Positions 26,613 to 36,332 of a DNA stretch of 39,368 nucleotides are shown here, one piece after another. This DNA is from Escherichia phage Sekstaphage-1. The stretch's first letter is position 1. The number at the start of each line of letters is the position of its first letter. The stretch is taken from sequence record OR545379; one strand, written 5' to 3'. Below the pieces are notes generated by a model. It was given only the letters and a program-made list of their open reading frames with translations, ran no database searches and was not told the origin of the DNA. The translations under genes and the position numbers were made by a program.

Positions 26613-28856
26613 ATGGCTAGTAAACTAAATAGCGTTTTAGGCAACATGGCGACTCCCGGTATGGAACGACTCCGGGGCGTCAAGGGTATGGACTACCGGG
26701 CAGCAACCATTCAGGCTGAACAACCAAGAGCGAGCCTTCTGGACTCCATTGGTCGATTCGCTAAGGCTGGTGCCGATATGTACATGGCGAAAGATGAACG
26801 TGATAAGCAACGAGCCGATGAGCGCTCCAACGAGATTATCCGTAAGCTGACCCCTGAGCAACGCCGACAGGCTATCCAGAATGGTACACTGCTGTATCAG
26901 GATGACCCATACGCAATGCAAGCCTTGAAGTTCAAGACCGGGCGTAACGCTGCGTTCCTCGTGGACGATGAGGTTCAACAGGGAATCAAAGAGGGACGCT
27001 TCCGTACCCGTGAAGAGTTGGAGCAGTACCGACATTCACGCCTACAGGAACACTCGAAGTCGTTCGCTGAGCAATTCGGCATCAATGAGATGGACGAGGA
27101 ATACCAGAAGGGCTTCAATGCGAACATCACCGAGCGTAACATTGCCCTGTATGGTGCACACGATTCGTTCCTGAGTGACCAAGCGCAGAAGGGTGCAATC
27201 CTGAACTCTAAGGTTGAACTCAACGGTGTCCTGTCTGACCCTGACCTGCTGTCTCGTCCTGAGTCCGGTGAGTTCTTCCAGAACTACATCGACAACTCTT
27301 TAGTTACCGGGATGACAGACAATCAGGCTCAACAGGTTATCTCTTCGTCCCTGAATGACGTGCTACAGCGTCCGGGTGGTGCCACCTTCTTGCAGAACGT
27401 TGAGAACCGCAAGGTGACTCTGAATGGCGCTACGACTACCTATCGTGAACTGATGGGTGACGAGCAGTGGCAGGCCATGATGATTAAGGCACAGCACACT
27501 CAATTCCAGAACAACGCGAAGTTAACCGAGAAGTTCCGATTGGATATTAACTCTGCGATTAACCAAGCGGACACTGGTAAAGGCTGGGAGACTCTTCAAG
27601 GCATCAAGGCTGAACTCGATAAGATTCAACCGGGCGAAGAGATGACTCCTGAGCGCGAGTGGCTAATTGCCGCACAGGAACAGATGCGCACCCGCTTCAA
27701 GCAGGAACAGGCTGAGACAGCCAAGCTAATGGACAAGCAACAGAAGACCCTGAATAAATCTATGGTCATCGACAAGCAGTTCCAGAAGCGCCTCAACGGT
27801 GAATACGTCTCGACCAACTATAAGGACATGCCGACCAACGAGAACACTGGTGAGTTTACACATAGCGATATGGTCAACTACGCGAACCAGAAGTTAGCGG
27901 AAATCGAAGCGATGGACTTAACACCTGAACAGAAAGACAAACTGAAATTGGACTACCTACGGGCAGACGCCAAGGAAGGTGCTTTCCGGGCGGCGTTTGG
28001 TGAGATGATTACGGACGCGGGTAACGAGTGGCAGGCTGCGGTGATTAACGGTAAGATGCCTGAGAGCACACCAGCGATGGACAACCTTCGTCGCATCCGC
28101 AACACTGACCCTGACCTGATTGCCTCTCTGTATCCTGACAAGGCCGAGTTGTTCCTGACGATGGACATGTTGGATAACCAAGGTATCGACACGCAGGTTC
28201 TTATCGACGCTGATAAGTCCCGCGCACAGAAGACCAAGGAGATGCAGTTTGAGGATGACCGAGCGTGGGCTGCTATGATGAACGATTCAACGAATCCTCA
28301 AATCAAGTACATGCCTGCGAGCGTCCAAGGGTATGCCCGGAAGCTTTATGATTCCGTGAAGTACCGGACAGGGAACCCTGACATGGCAACCGAACAGGTC
28401 GCAAAGTTCCTCTCCGATTCGACGACCACGTTCTCCAGTAGCGATGTTGAGGGTGATACCTATGGCGTCCTACCGAAGAACATCCTAACTGTTTCGGATG
28501 ACCCTAAGTCGTGGGAGCAAGGGAAGAACATTCTGGACGAAGCCATTAAGGGAATCACAGCGGCGAACCCTTGGATTACCAACAAGCAACTGACTGTGTA
28601 CCAGCAAGGTGATTCAATCTACCTGATGGACACAACCGGACAGGTTCGCATTCGGTATGACCAAGAGTTGCTCCAGCGTGAGTATCAGCGCACCGCACAG
28701 ATGCAAGCTGAGGCAGCACGAGAGAAAGCTCTCAAAGAGGCCAATAAGCGTGCTCCAATCAGTCGCGTATCGCAGGCTCGCAAAGAAGCACGTAAACGTG
28801 TCCAAGAGAAACGGAATCAGACTCCTAAGTTCATCTATGGACGTAAAGAAGACTAA
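26613..28856 (+). CDS. 15: Internal virion (core) protein C (gp15)
   Basis: 747 aa, the same length as T7 gp15; GGGAGG ribosome-binding site. Confidence 0.9.
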   Translation: MASKLNSVLGNMATPGMERLRGVKGMDYRAATIQAEQPRASLLDSIGRFAKAGADMYMAKDERDKQRADERSNEIIRKLTPEQRRQAIQNGTLLYQDDPYAMQALKFKTGRNAAFLVDDEVQQGIKEGRFRTREELEQYRHSRLQEHSKSFAEQFGINEMDEEYQKGFNANITERNIALYGAHDSFLSDQAQKGAILNSKVELNGVLSDPDLLSRPESGEFFQNYIDNSLVTGMTDNQAQQVISSSLNDVLQRPGGATFLQNVENRKVTLNGATTTYRELMGDEQWQAMMIKAQHTQFQNNAKLTEKFRLDINSAINQADTGKGWETLQGIKAELDKIQPGEEMTPEREWLIAAQEQMRTRFKQEQAETAKLMDKQQKTLNKSMVIDKQFQKRLNGEYVSTNYKDMPTNENTGEFTHSDMVNYANQKLAEIEAMDLTPEQKDKLKLDYLRADAKEGAFRAAFGEMITDAGNEWQAAVINGKMPESTPAMDNLRRIRNTDPDLIASLYPDKAELFLTMDMLDNQGIDTQVLIDADKSRAQKTKEMQFEDDRAWAAMMNDSTNPQIKYMPASVQGYARKLYDSVKYRTGNPDMATEQVAKFLSDSTTTFSSSDVEGDTYGVLPKNILTVSDDPKSWEQGKNILDEAIKGITAANPWITNKQLTVYQQGDSIYLMDTTGQVRIRYDQELLQREYQRTAQMQAEAAREKALKEANKRAPISRVSQARKEARKRVQEKRNQTPKFIYGRKED

Positions 28857-28874
28857 CAGTGATAAGGAGGCTCC

Positions 28875-31800
28875 ATGAGTTACGATAAGAACAAACCTAG
28901 CGAGTTCGATGGGTTATTTCAAAAAGCGGCAGACAATCATGGGGTCTCCTATGACCTGCTTCGTAAATTAGCATTCAACGAATCCAGCTTTAATCCAAAG
29001 GCCAAATCCCCAACTGGCCCGAAGGGTCTCATGCAGTTCACCAAAGGTACAGCCACTGCGCTTGGCCTCAAGGTTACTGACGCTGAGGACGATGACCGTT
29101 ACAACCCTGAGTTGGCTGTGGATGCAGCCGCTCGTCACCTGAGTGACCTCATTCGGAAATACGATGGGGATGAACTCAAAGCTGCCTTGGCGTATAATCA
29201 GGGCGAGGGACGCAACGGTGCTCCGCAGATACAGGCTTATGATAAAGGCGATTGGGCCTCAATATCTGAGGAAGGTCGTAACTACATGCGTAACCTGATG
29301 GATGTAGCCAATAGCCCACGTAAGGGAGACTTGGAGGCGTTCGGTGGTATCACCCCAAAGGCTAAGGGTATTCCCTCTGAGGAAGCCTTTGCGGGAATCG
29401 GGAAGAAGCAGACGGTAGGCACTGACCTGCCGGAGTCAACTGGATTCAAAGTGGAGGGTAAAGAGCAGCAAGCACCTAACATGCCTTATGCTAAGGACTT
29501 TTGGGAAAAGACTGGAACAACACTGGACGAGTTTAATTCGCGTTCAACCTTCTTCGGAATCGGAGATGCCACAAGTGCAGAACTTCACAACTCCGTATTG
29601 GGTGTGGCTTTTCGTGCCGCTCGTAGTGATGACGGTTTTGATTTATTCAAGGACACCATTACGCCGACTCGCTGGAACAGCCATACGTGGACTCCAGAAG
29701 AGTTAGAGCGTATCCGTAAGGAAGTGAAGAATCCAGACTACATTAACGTGGTCACTGGTGGTTCTCCTGAGAATCTGGATGCCCTCATTAAGATGGCTAA
29801 CGACAACTATGCGATGGACGCCCAAGCTGCTGATGCTGGTATTGGCGCTAGGCTGACTGCTGGTATCGTCGGTGCAGGTGTTGACCCACTGAGCTATGTT
29901 CCTCTAGTGGGTGTAGCCGGGAAGGGTCTCAAGGTGGCTAACAAGGCTTTCATTGTTGGTACTCAAAGTGCCGGACTCGCGGTTGCCTCTGAGGGTCTCC
30001 GTACATCAATCGCTGGTGGAGAATCCCACTATGCTGATGCTGCTTTAGGCGGTCTGATGTTCGGTGCTGGGATGAGTGCAATAAGTGATGCTATCGCGGC
30101 TGGTATTCGGCGTTCCCGTGGGAATGAGGTTGTTAATGACTTCGCTCCTATGGCACACCGATTGGAAGCCCGTGAGACCGCTCAGAACACTGGTGGGGAA
30201 GACCTGACCCGTATGCCTAGCGAGAACCGTGTGTTCGACCGTGAGCACGCTGGCGTTGAGTATTCACCTCTGGAGACCGAGCCGGGTGCCGTTGTGTTGC
30301 CTCAAGGTCAAATCCTGAGCGACACCAACCCGCTGAACCCTCAGACTCTTAGCGAGTTCGAGGCGGTCAACCCTGAGCGTGCAGCGCGTGGTATCTCTTT
30401 GGGTGGATTCACTGAGATTGGCTTGAAGACTCTACGCTCAGAGAACCCGACTGTTCGCTCCATTGCGAGTGACCTTGTGCGCTCTCCGACTGGTATGGAG
30501 TCCGGGACTTCTGGTAAGTTCGGCGCGACAGCTTCTGACATTAAGGAGCGACTCCACGCGAACAACCAGCGCACCTACAATCAACTTTATGATGCTGTAC
30601 GCGCTGCAATGAAAGACCCTGAGTTCTCCACTGGTGGTTCCAAGATGAGCCGTAAGGAAATCAGACAGGAAATCTACAAACGTGCAGCCCTAGCTATTGA
30701 GCGACCTGAGCTTCAAGCGAACCTGACAAAGGGTGAGCGGAATGTGATGAATATCCTCAAGCAGCACTTTGACCTAAAACGTGAAATCATGGAGAACCCA
30801 TCAATCTTCGGTAACACCAAGGCAACCAGTATCTTCCCCGGCTCACGCCATAAGGGAACCTACGTGCCTAACGTGTATGACCGAGCACTCAAGATTGATA
30901 TGATTAAACGGTATGGTAATGACGGCTTGCAGCGAGCAATCGCGGAGTCGTGGTTGACCTCTTATCGTGCTCGCCCCGAAGTCAAGGCGCGTGTCGATGA
31001 GTACCTGATGGAACTTAGCGGTCTCAAGTCTGTGCAGGAAGTTACGCCAGAGATGGTGCAGAAGCACGCAATGGATAAGGCGTATGGTATTTCACACACA
31101 GACCAGTTCTCTGCATCCTCTATCATTGAGGACAACATTGAGGGTCTGGTGGGAATCGAGAACAATAACTTCTTGGAAGCCCGCAACATGTTCGACAGTG
31201 ACATGGCGGTGACTCTCCCGGATGGTAACACGTTCTCTGTGAATGACCTGCGTACTTATGACATGGCTGAAATTCTACCTGCATATGACCGCCGAGTTGA
31301 TGGTGATGTTGCAATCATGGGTGGTTCCGGTAAGACCACCAAAGACCTGAAAGATGAAATCATGGCACTAGACAAGCAGTCAGAAGGCAACGGTACGCTG
31401 AAAGGTGAGGTCGAAGCCCTAAAGGACACCGTGAAGATTCTAACTGGTCGCGCTAGAAGGAACCCGGAAGGCGCTTGGGGCACAGCCCTACGCTCAGTCA
31501 ATGACCTTACGTTCTTCGCTAAGAACGCCTACATGGGTGCACAGAACATTACCGAAATCGCTGGTATGCTGGCTAAAGGTAACGTCTCTGCGATAACTCA
31601 TGGAATCCCTATGATTAACGATTGGGTCAACCGTGGGAAACCGCTGCGTGCCTCCGAGATTAAAGAGCTACACGGAATGGTGTTTGGTAAGGAACTAGAC
31701 CAGTTAATCCGTCCGGGACGTGAAGACCATGTACGCCGCCTTCGGGAGTCTACGGACACCAACGCTGCGGTTGCTAACGTGGTCGGTACGATTCGGTTCG

Positions 31801-32837
31801 GCACTCAAGAGTTGGCTGCACGTTCTCCTTGGACGTTGATGCTCAACGGCACCTCCAACTACATTCTAGATGCTGCCCGTCAGGGTGTGCTTGGAGATGT
31901 GGCTGGTGCAGCCCTAGCCGGGAAAGGCTCCAAGTTCGGCAAGGCGAATTACCTTAAGTCTGCCTCAATCAGCCCTGAGCAGTGGAACGGAATCAAGCAG
32001 TTGTTCCGCGACCACGCGACTCGTGAGGCTGACGGTAAGTTTACCATCAAGGATAAACAGGCTTTTGCTAATGACCCACGCTCAATGGACTTGTGGCGTC
32101 TGGCTGACAAGGTGGCTGATGAGACTATACTTCGTCCACACAAGGTTTCCTCACAGGATGCCAAGGCATTCGGTGCCGGAGTTAAGATGGTGATGCAGTT
32201 TAAGAACTTCGTCATCAAGTCCCTGAACTCCCGGTTTGTCCGTAGCTTCTATGAGGCAACGAAGAACAACCGAGCGTTAGACCAAGCGTTGACTCATGTC
32301 ATCTCCTTAGGTCTGGCTGGCGGTTACTACGTTGGTCAGGCACACCTCAAGGCTGCAAGCCTACAGGAACATAAACGTAAGGAGTACCTTAAGAACGCAC
32401 TTGACCCGAAGATGATTGCCCATGCATCAATCTCTCGTAGTTCGCACTTAGGCGCACCATTGGGTATCTATGACATGCTCGCTGGGATGGTTGGCAGCGA
32501 TACCTATAAGTATACACGCTCCACGGTACTCCCTAAAGAGTCTGAGAAGCGCGACCCTAGCAAGGCAGCAACGGGTAGACAGGTGGCTTCAACCATCGCT
32601 GGTGCGGTTGGTGAGCAGGTTCCGGGTTTGGGGTTTATTGGCTCTGTAGGAGCAACAGCAATTAATGCTGCTTCCCTACTGTCTTCTCCCAACAAAACAA
32701 CCGCTCTGGAGTTCCGTACAGGTCTCTTCAACACCTCTCGTGAGTTGATTCCTAATGACCCGCTCTCACAGCAACTCATCATGAAAATCTACGAGGCCAA
32801 CGGCATCCGCATAAAGGAGTCCCCGAAGAAACAATAA
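28875..32837 (+). CDS. 16: Internal virion (core) protein D with N-terminal lytic transglycosylase domain (gp16)
   Basis: 1320 aa collinear with T7 gp16; N-terminal transglycosylase-type segment GPKGLMQFTKGTA...AALAYNQGEG. Confidence 0.95.
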   Translation: MSYDKNKPSEFDGLFQKAADNHGVSYDLLRKLAFNESSFNPKAKSPTGPKGLMQFTKGTATALGLKVTDAEDDDRYNPELAVDAAARHLSDLIRKYDGDELKAALAYNQGEGRNGAPQIQAYDKGDWASISEEGRNYMRNLMDVANSPRKGDLEAFGGITPKAKGIPSEEAFAGIGKKQTVGTDLPESTGFKVEGKEQQAPNMPYAKDFWEKTGTTLDEFNSRSTFFGIGDATSAELHNSVLGVAFRAARSDDGFDLFKDTITPTRWNSHTWTPEELERIRKEVKNPDYINVVTGGSPENLDALIKMANDNYAMDAQAADAGIGARLTAGIVGAGVDPLSYVPLVGVAGKGLKVANKAFIVGTQSAGLAVASEGLRTSIAGGESHYADAALGGLMFGAGMSAISDAIAAGIRRSRGNEVVNDFAPMAHRLEARETAQNTGGEDLTRMPSENRVFDREHAGVEYSPLETEPGAVVLPQGQILSDTNPLNPQTLSEFEAVNPERAARGISLGGFTEIGLKTLRSENPTVRSIASDLVRSPTGMESGTSGKFGATASDIKERLHANNQRTYNQLYDAVRAAMKDPEFSTGGSKMSRKEIRQEIYKRAALAIERPELQANLTKGERNVMNILKQHFDLKREIMENPSIFGNTKATSIFPGSRHKGTYVPNVYDRALKIDMIKRYGNDGLQRAIAESWLTSYRARPEVKARVDEYLMELSGLKSVQEVTPEMVQKHAMDKAYGISHTDQFSASSIIEDNIEGLVGIENNNFLEARNMFDSDMAVTLPDGNTFSVNDLRTYDMAEILPAYDRRVDGDVAIMGGSGKTTKDLKDEIMALDKQSEGNGTLKGEVEALKDTVKILTGRARRNPEGAWGTALRSVNDLTFFAKNAYMGAQNITEIAGMLAKGNVSAITHGIPMINDWVNRGKPLRASEIKELHGMVFGKELDQLIRPGREDHVRRLRESTDTNAAVANVVGTIRFGTQELAARSPWTLMLNGTSNYILDAARQGVLGDVAGAALAGKGSKFGKANYLKSASISPEQWNGIKQLFRDHATREADGKFTIKDKQAFANDPRSMDLWRLADKVADETILRPHKVSSQDAKAFGAGVKMVMQFKNFVIKSLNSRFVRSFYEATKNNRALDQALTHVISLGLAGGYYVGQAHLKAASLQEHKRKEYLKNALDPKMIAHASISRSSHLGAPLGIYDMLAGMVGSDTYKYTRSTVLPKESEKRDPSKAATGRQVASTIAGAVGEQVPGLGFIGSVGATAINAASLLSSPNKTTALEFRTGLFNTSRELIPNDPLSQQLIMKIYEANGIRIKESPKKQ

Positions 32838-32855
32838 ACCCTCACTAAAGGGAGA
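32833..32855 (+). promoter_or_regulatory. Phage RNAP promoter (phi17-like)
   Basis: AATAAACCCTCACTAAAGGGAGA. Confidence 0.85.
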
Positions 32856-32916
32856 GAGGTCACATTCTGGCCTCTTCTCTCTCTATCGCTTAGTGCTAAT
32901 TTATAAAGGAGGTCAC

Positions 32917-34920
32917 ATGGCTACAACTATTAAGACCGTGATGACTTACCCACTGGATGGCTCCACTACGGACTTTAATATTCCGTTCGAGTATCTGGCG
33001 CGTAAGTTCGTCCGAGTGACCCTTATCGGTGTTGACCGAAAGGAACTCATCTTGAATCAAGACTATCGTTTTGCAACTAAGACCACAATCTCCACAACGA
33101 GAGCATTGGGGCCAGCGGACGGATATACTTTGATTGAAATCAGGCGATTCACCTCCGCTACAGATCGTCTGGTTGACTTTACCGACGGCTCTATCCTGCG
33201 GGCATATGATTTGAACATATCTCTGGTTCAGGCCCTTCACGTTGCTGAGGAAGCCCGTGACCTTACCGCTGATACAATTGGCGTTAACAATGATGGGAAC
33301 TTGGATGCTCGTGGTCGTAAGATTGTGAACCTAGCGTTCGCCACCAGTGACTATGATGCTGTCCCTCTGAAGCAGGTTAAGGAACGTGAGACCTCTGTGT
33401 GGAGTGCTGTTGCTAAAGCTGATGAACATGCTAACCGTTCTAACACTGAGGCTAACCGTTCTCGTGATGAGGCCAACCGTGCTCAACGTGAAGCTGACCG
33501 CTCAACGCAACAGGCAGGTGTCTCTACGCAACAAGCGGTTGAGTCCAAGAAGCAAGCTGACCGTTCCAACTCTGAGGCCAACCGTGCTAAAGGTTACGCT
33601 GATAGTATGCCAGCCAGTGTTGAAGCCGCAAAGGGTCACGCTGACCGTTCCAATAAGGAAGCTGACCGTGCTCGTGATGAGGCCAATCGTGCTGCTGGAG
33701 AAGTCACTAAGGCGGCTGCTGAGGTTGCCAAGGCTGCTGCACATGTTGAGACCGCTAAGGGACATGCTGACCGAGCCAACACTGAGGCAAACCGCTCCAA
33801 GAGTGAAGCTGACCGTGCAAAGACCGAGGCTGACAAGTTAGGCAACATGAATGCACTTGCAGGGGCTGTTGAAAGTGTATCAGGCAATGATGTACGCTTT
33901 AAGGGTAAAGTAAGTGGGCGCAGTCTGACTCTACATAATGATGCTAAAGGCGCTGGGACTCAACCAGTAGACCAAGTGTGGAATCAGTGGCGTGGTCAGG
34001 ACTCTAAGGAGACTGTGTGGGAACAGTGGATTCAAGCTGGGACAAAACGAATGGACTACTATGCGTTCACTAACACCGACCCGGCAACGTGGCCTGAAGG
34101 TCGTTCCAATAGCAAAGGACACCATAGCTTCTATGGTGACGTTCTGTTTGCTGGTGGTAACGTCGAGATGCACGGGAACCTTAAGGTAAACGCAGTTGAG
34201 TCTAGAAATAACGTGTTCATCTCCGACAAAGCCGCAAGTTTCAAGAGTAACACACATGGTGGTGGCTGGAACCAGTGGACTAGTAGCTTGAATCCAGACC
34301 TACAGCATGATATTGCTGGACAAGGGGACGTTGCATATCTCCTTGAGAGGGCTACAATTTGGGGCAAAGAACACCTGTATGCCAAGTGCTTATATAACAA
34401 CGGCACTGGCGCTAACTTCTTTATCAGGCAATATCTGCGAGGCACCTATTTCGACCTACGCTCCGATGGTGTCCTTGCCTGCTCTTCTGGTTGGAACATC
34501 CCAGCCGATGGTAACCTATATATCAAGAAGTACGGAATGTACATTGATGCGTGGGTAAATAATCGTCTGTCCGAACATGCCTACAACAAAGGAGAAGTGA
34601 ACAACTTGGTCAACGGTCGTCTTACCACTGGTCAGGGTGATGGTCGCTATGTCCGCAAGAACGCTGGGTGGGCTGAGGTCTGGAGCGGCCATGCTGGTGG
34701 TGGTGTTTCCGTAGGTCTCTCACAGGATGTCCGATGGAGAACTATCTGGATTCAAACTAATGGGCGCTGGAACGCTGTTCCTATTGGTGACGACGCACGA
34801 TACTTCATCTCGTCTGATGGTGGTTGGCTTAAGTTCACAATCTCTAACAACGGGAGAACTTTCCGTAATGATGCTGACCGTAGTTCTGTGCCTACGAGAA
34901 TCTTGATTCAAAACCAATAA
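32917..34920 (+). CDS. 17: Tail fibre protein (gp17)
   Basis: 667 aa from ATG 32917 (MATTIKTVMTYPLDGSTTDFNIPFEYLARKF...); N-terminal 150 aa and the C-terminal tip (...WSGHAGGGVSVGLSQDVRWRTIWIQ...) are T7 gp17-like; the centre is repeat-rich. Confidence 0.93.
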   Translation: MATTIKTVMTYPLDGSTTDFNIPFEYLARKFVRVTLIGVDRKELILNQDYRFATKTTISTTRALGPADGYTLIEIRRFTSATDRLVDFTDGSILRAYDLNISLVQALHVAEEARDLTADTIGVNNDGNLDARGRKIVNLAFATSDYDAVPLKQVKERETSVWSAVAKADEHANRSNTEANRSRDEANRAQREADRSTQQAGVSTQQAVESKKQADRSNSEANRAKGYADSMPASVEAAKGHADRSNKEADRARDEANRAAGEVTKAAAEVAKAAAHVETAKGHADRANTEANRSKSEADRAKTEADKLGNMNALAGAVESVSGNDVRFKGKVSGRSLTLHNDAKGAGTQPVDQVWNQWRGQDSKETVWEQWIQAGTKRMDYYAFTNTDPATWPEGRSNSKGHHSFYGDVLFAGGNVEMHGNLKVNAVESRNNVFISDKAASFKSNTHGGGWNQWTSSLNPDLQHDIAGQGDVAYLLERATIWGKEHLYAKCLYNNGTGANFFIRQYLRGTYFDLRSDGVLACSSGWNIPADGNLYIKKYGMYIDAWVNNRLSEHAYNKGEVNNLVNGRLTTGQGDGRYVRKNAGWAEVWSGHAGGGVSVGLSQDVRWRTIWIQTNGRWNAVPIGDDARYFISSDGGWLKFTISNNGRTFRNDADRSSVPTRILIQNQ

Positions 34921-34967
34921 TGGAATACAACGAGGCCACGGATGGTCTCAACAATAAGGAGGACACA

Positions 34968-35174
34968 ATGTTGTCTTTAGATTTTAACAACGAGGTAGTG
35001 AAGGCTGCTCCGATTGTAGGGACAGGTGTAGCCGATGGTGCTGCCCGTCTGTTCTTCGGACTGTCCCTTAACGAGTGGTTCTATGTAGCCGCAATTGCCT
35101 ACACAGTGGCTCAAATTGGTGCCAAGGTAGTCGATGTGATTATCAAATGGAAGAAGGAGGGTAAAGATGTCTAA
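34968..35174 (+). CDS. 17.5: Holin (gp17.5)
   Basis: 68 aa from ATG 34968 (MLSLDFNNEVVKAAPIVGTGVADGAARLFFGLSLNEWFYVAAIAYTVAQIGAKVV...), near-identical to T7 holin; AAGGAGG ribosome-binding site. Confidence 0.9.
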   Translation: MLSLDFNNEVVKAAPIVGTGVADGAARLFFGLSLNEWFYVAAIAYTVAQIGAKVVDVIIKWKKEGKDV

Positions 35175-35436
35175 CGATAAATCTTTGATTCAATTCCTTG
35201 AGATGCTGGACACTGAGATGGCTCAACGTATGCTTGCTGACTTGCAGAACGATGAACGACGCACACCTCAACTGTACAACGCAATCGGGAAACTATTAGA
35301 GCGCCACAAATTCCAAGTCTCCAAGTTACAGCCAGACCGTAACATCCTTGGTGGACTGGCAGATGGACTCGAAGAGTACCAGAACATGGTGGGCGCTGAT
35401 GGTCTCACTGAAGACGAGAAGTACACGCTTAACTGA
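35167..35436 (+). CDS. 18: Terminase small subunit (gp18)
   Basis: 89 aa, the same length as T7 gp18; GAAGGAGGG ribosome-binding site. Confidence 0.9.
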   Translation: MSNDKSLIQFLEMLDTEMAQRMLADLQNDERRTPQLYNAIGKLLERHKFQVSKLQPDRNILGGLADGLEEYQNMVGADGLTEDEKYTLN

Positions 35437-35439
35437 TGG

Positions 35440-35478
35440 TAATACTCAAGGTCATCTTAATGGTGGCCTTTATGGATT
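35440..35478 (+). promoter_or_regulatory. RNase III processing hairpin (R18.5-like)
   Basis: TAATACTCAAGGTCATCTTAATGGTGGCCTTTATGGATT. Confidence 0.6.
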
Positions 35479-35494
35479 ATCAATAGGAGGTGAT

Positions 35495-35896
35495 ATGGAA
35501 GGAATGTATAGAAGTGGTGGTTACTGGAAGGTTACTATAAACGGTAAAGTACACGGTGTACACAGGTTGTTGTGGGAAGCTGCCTATGGCTCAATACCAG
35601 ATGGTTATGTTATAGACCACATTGACAGAGATGGTCTTAATAATTCTCTTGATAACTTACGGTGCATACCGAAGGGAGCTAACAAGGCAAACACTGTATC
35701 CTCAAGGGACTTACCGAAGGGAGTATACTCTCGGTTTGCCAAGCGACTTAACTGCATTGTGTACTATGGGGATATTAGAATGGGAGGTGTGAAGAAAACA
35801 CATGCTCCTACTAAGAATCTGAAGGAAGTCGTGGACTGGTCTATTAAGACTCACAAGCAGATGCTGGGGGAAACATATGGGATTCAAAACAGTTAA
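35495..35896 (+). CDS. Free-standing HNH homing endonuclease with AP2-like domain
   Basis: 133 aa from ATG 35495 with AGGAGG ribosome-binding site; HNH core HRLLWEAAYGSIPDGYVIDHIDRDGLNNSLDNLRCIP; sits between gene 18 and gene 18.5. Confidence 0.85.
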   Translation: MEGMYRSGGYWKVTINGKVHGVHRLLWEAAYGSIPDGYVIDHIDRDGLNNSLDNLRCIPKGANKANTVSSRDLPKGVYSRFAKRLNCIVYYGDIRMGGVKKTHAPTKNLKEVVDWSIKTHKQMLGETYGIQNS

Positions 35897-36332
35897 GAGC
35901 TACGCCATCGCTGTGGCCTTTGCCTTGGGGATGACCCTTGCGTACAACCACGGCTATGACAAGGCTAACACTAAATGGGAACAGGAGGTGCACAATGAGT
36001 ACGTTAAGAAAGTTGAGGCGACTGCGGATAAACAGGCTGCTCTCAATGAAGTCTCACGACAATACCAAGAAGACCTTGCGGCGCTGGAAGGCAGCACTGA
36101 TAGGGTCATTAATGATTTGCGTAACGATGGTAAGCGGCTGTCAGTCCGCGTCAAGAACCTTACCGGACTACCGAAAGGTGACGGTCGATGCGAGTTTGAT
36201 GGTCGAGCCGAACTACACGAGTCAGATGCTAAGCGTATTATCGGAATAGCCCAAGCTGCTGATGCTCACGTAAGAGCGTTGCAGAAAACTATTAAGGAGA
36301 TGCAGAATGAGCGACACCCAAGCAAATCGTAA
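35877..36332 (+). CDS. 18.5: Inner-membrane spanin (Rz-like, gp18.5)
   Basis: 151 aa; N-terminal transmembrane segment [15 protein letters not shown], then [16 protein letters not shown]...[20 protein letters not shown] matching T7 gp18.5. Confidence 0.85.
   Translation: MGFKTVKSYAIAVAFALGMTLAYNHGYDKANTKWEQEVHNEYVKKVEATADKQAALNEVSRQYQEDLAALEGSTDRVINDLRNDGKRLSVRVKNLTGLPKGDGRCEFDGRAELHESDAKRIIGIAQAADAHVRALQKTIKEMQNERHPSKS
35995..36249 (+). CDS. 18.7: Outer-membrane lipoprotein spanin (Rz1-like, gp18.7) embedded in gene 18.5
   Basis: 84 aa from ATG 35995 in the +1 frame of gene 18.5; signal peptide with lipobox (VSGC) and Pro-rich mature part; AGGAGG ribosome-binding site. Confidence 0.8.
   Translation: MSTLRKLRRLRINRLLSMKSHDNTKKTLRRWKAALIGSLMICVTMVSGCQSASRTLPDYRKVTVDASLMVEPNYTSQMLSVLSE

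Noticed and set aside
33386-33841. 151-aa + strand ORF, plus minus-strand ORFs at 33502..33887
   Set aside because: Alternative frames through the repetitive shaft region of the tail fibre gene; artefacts of the repeats.
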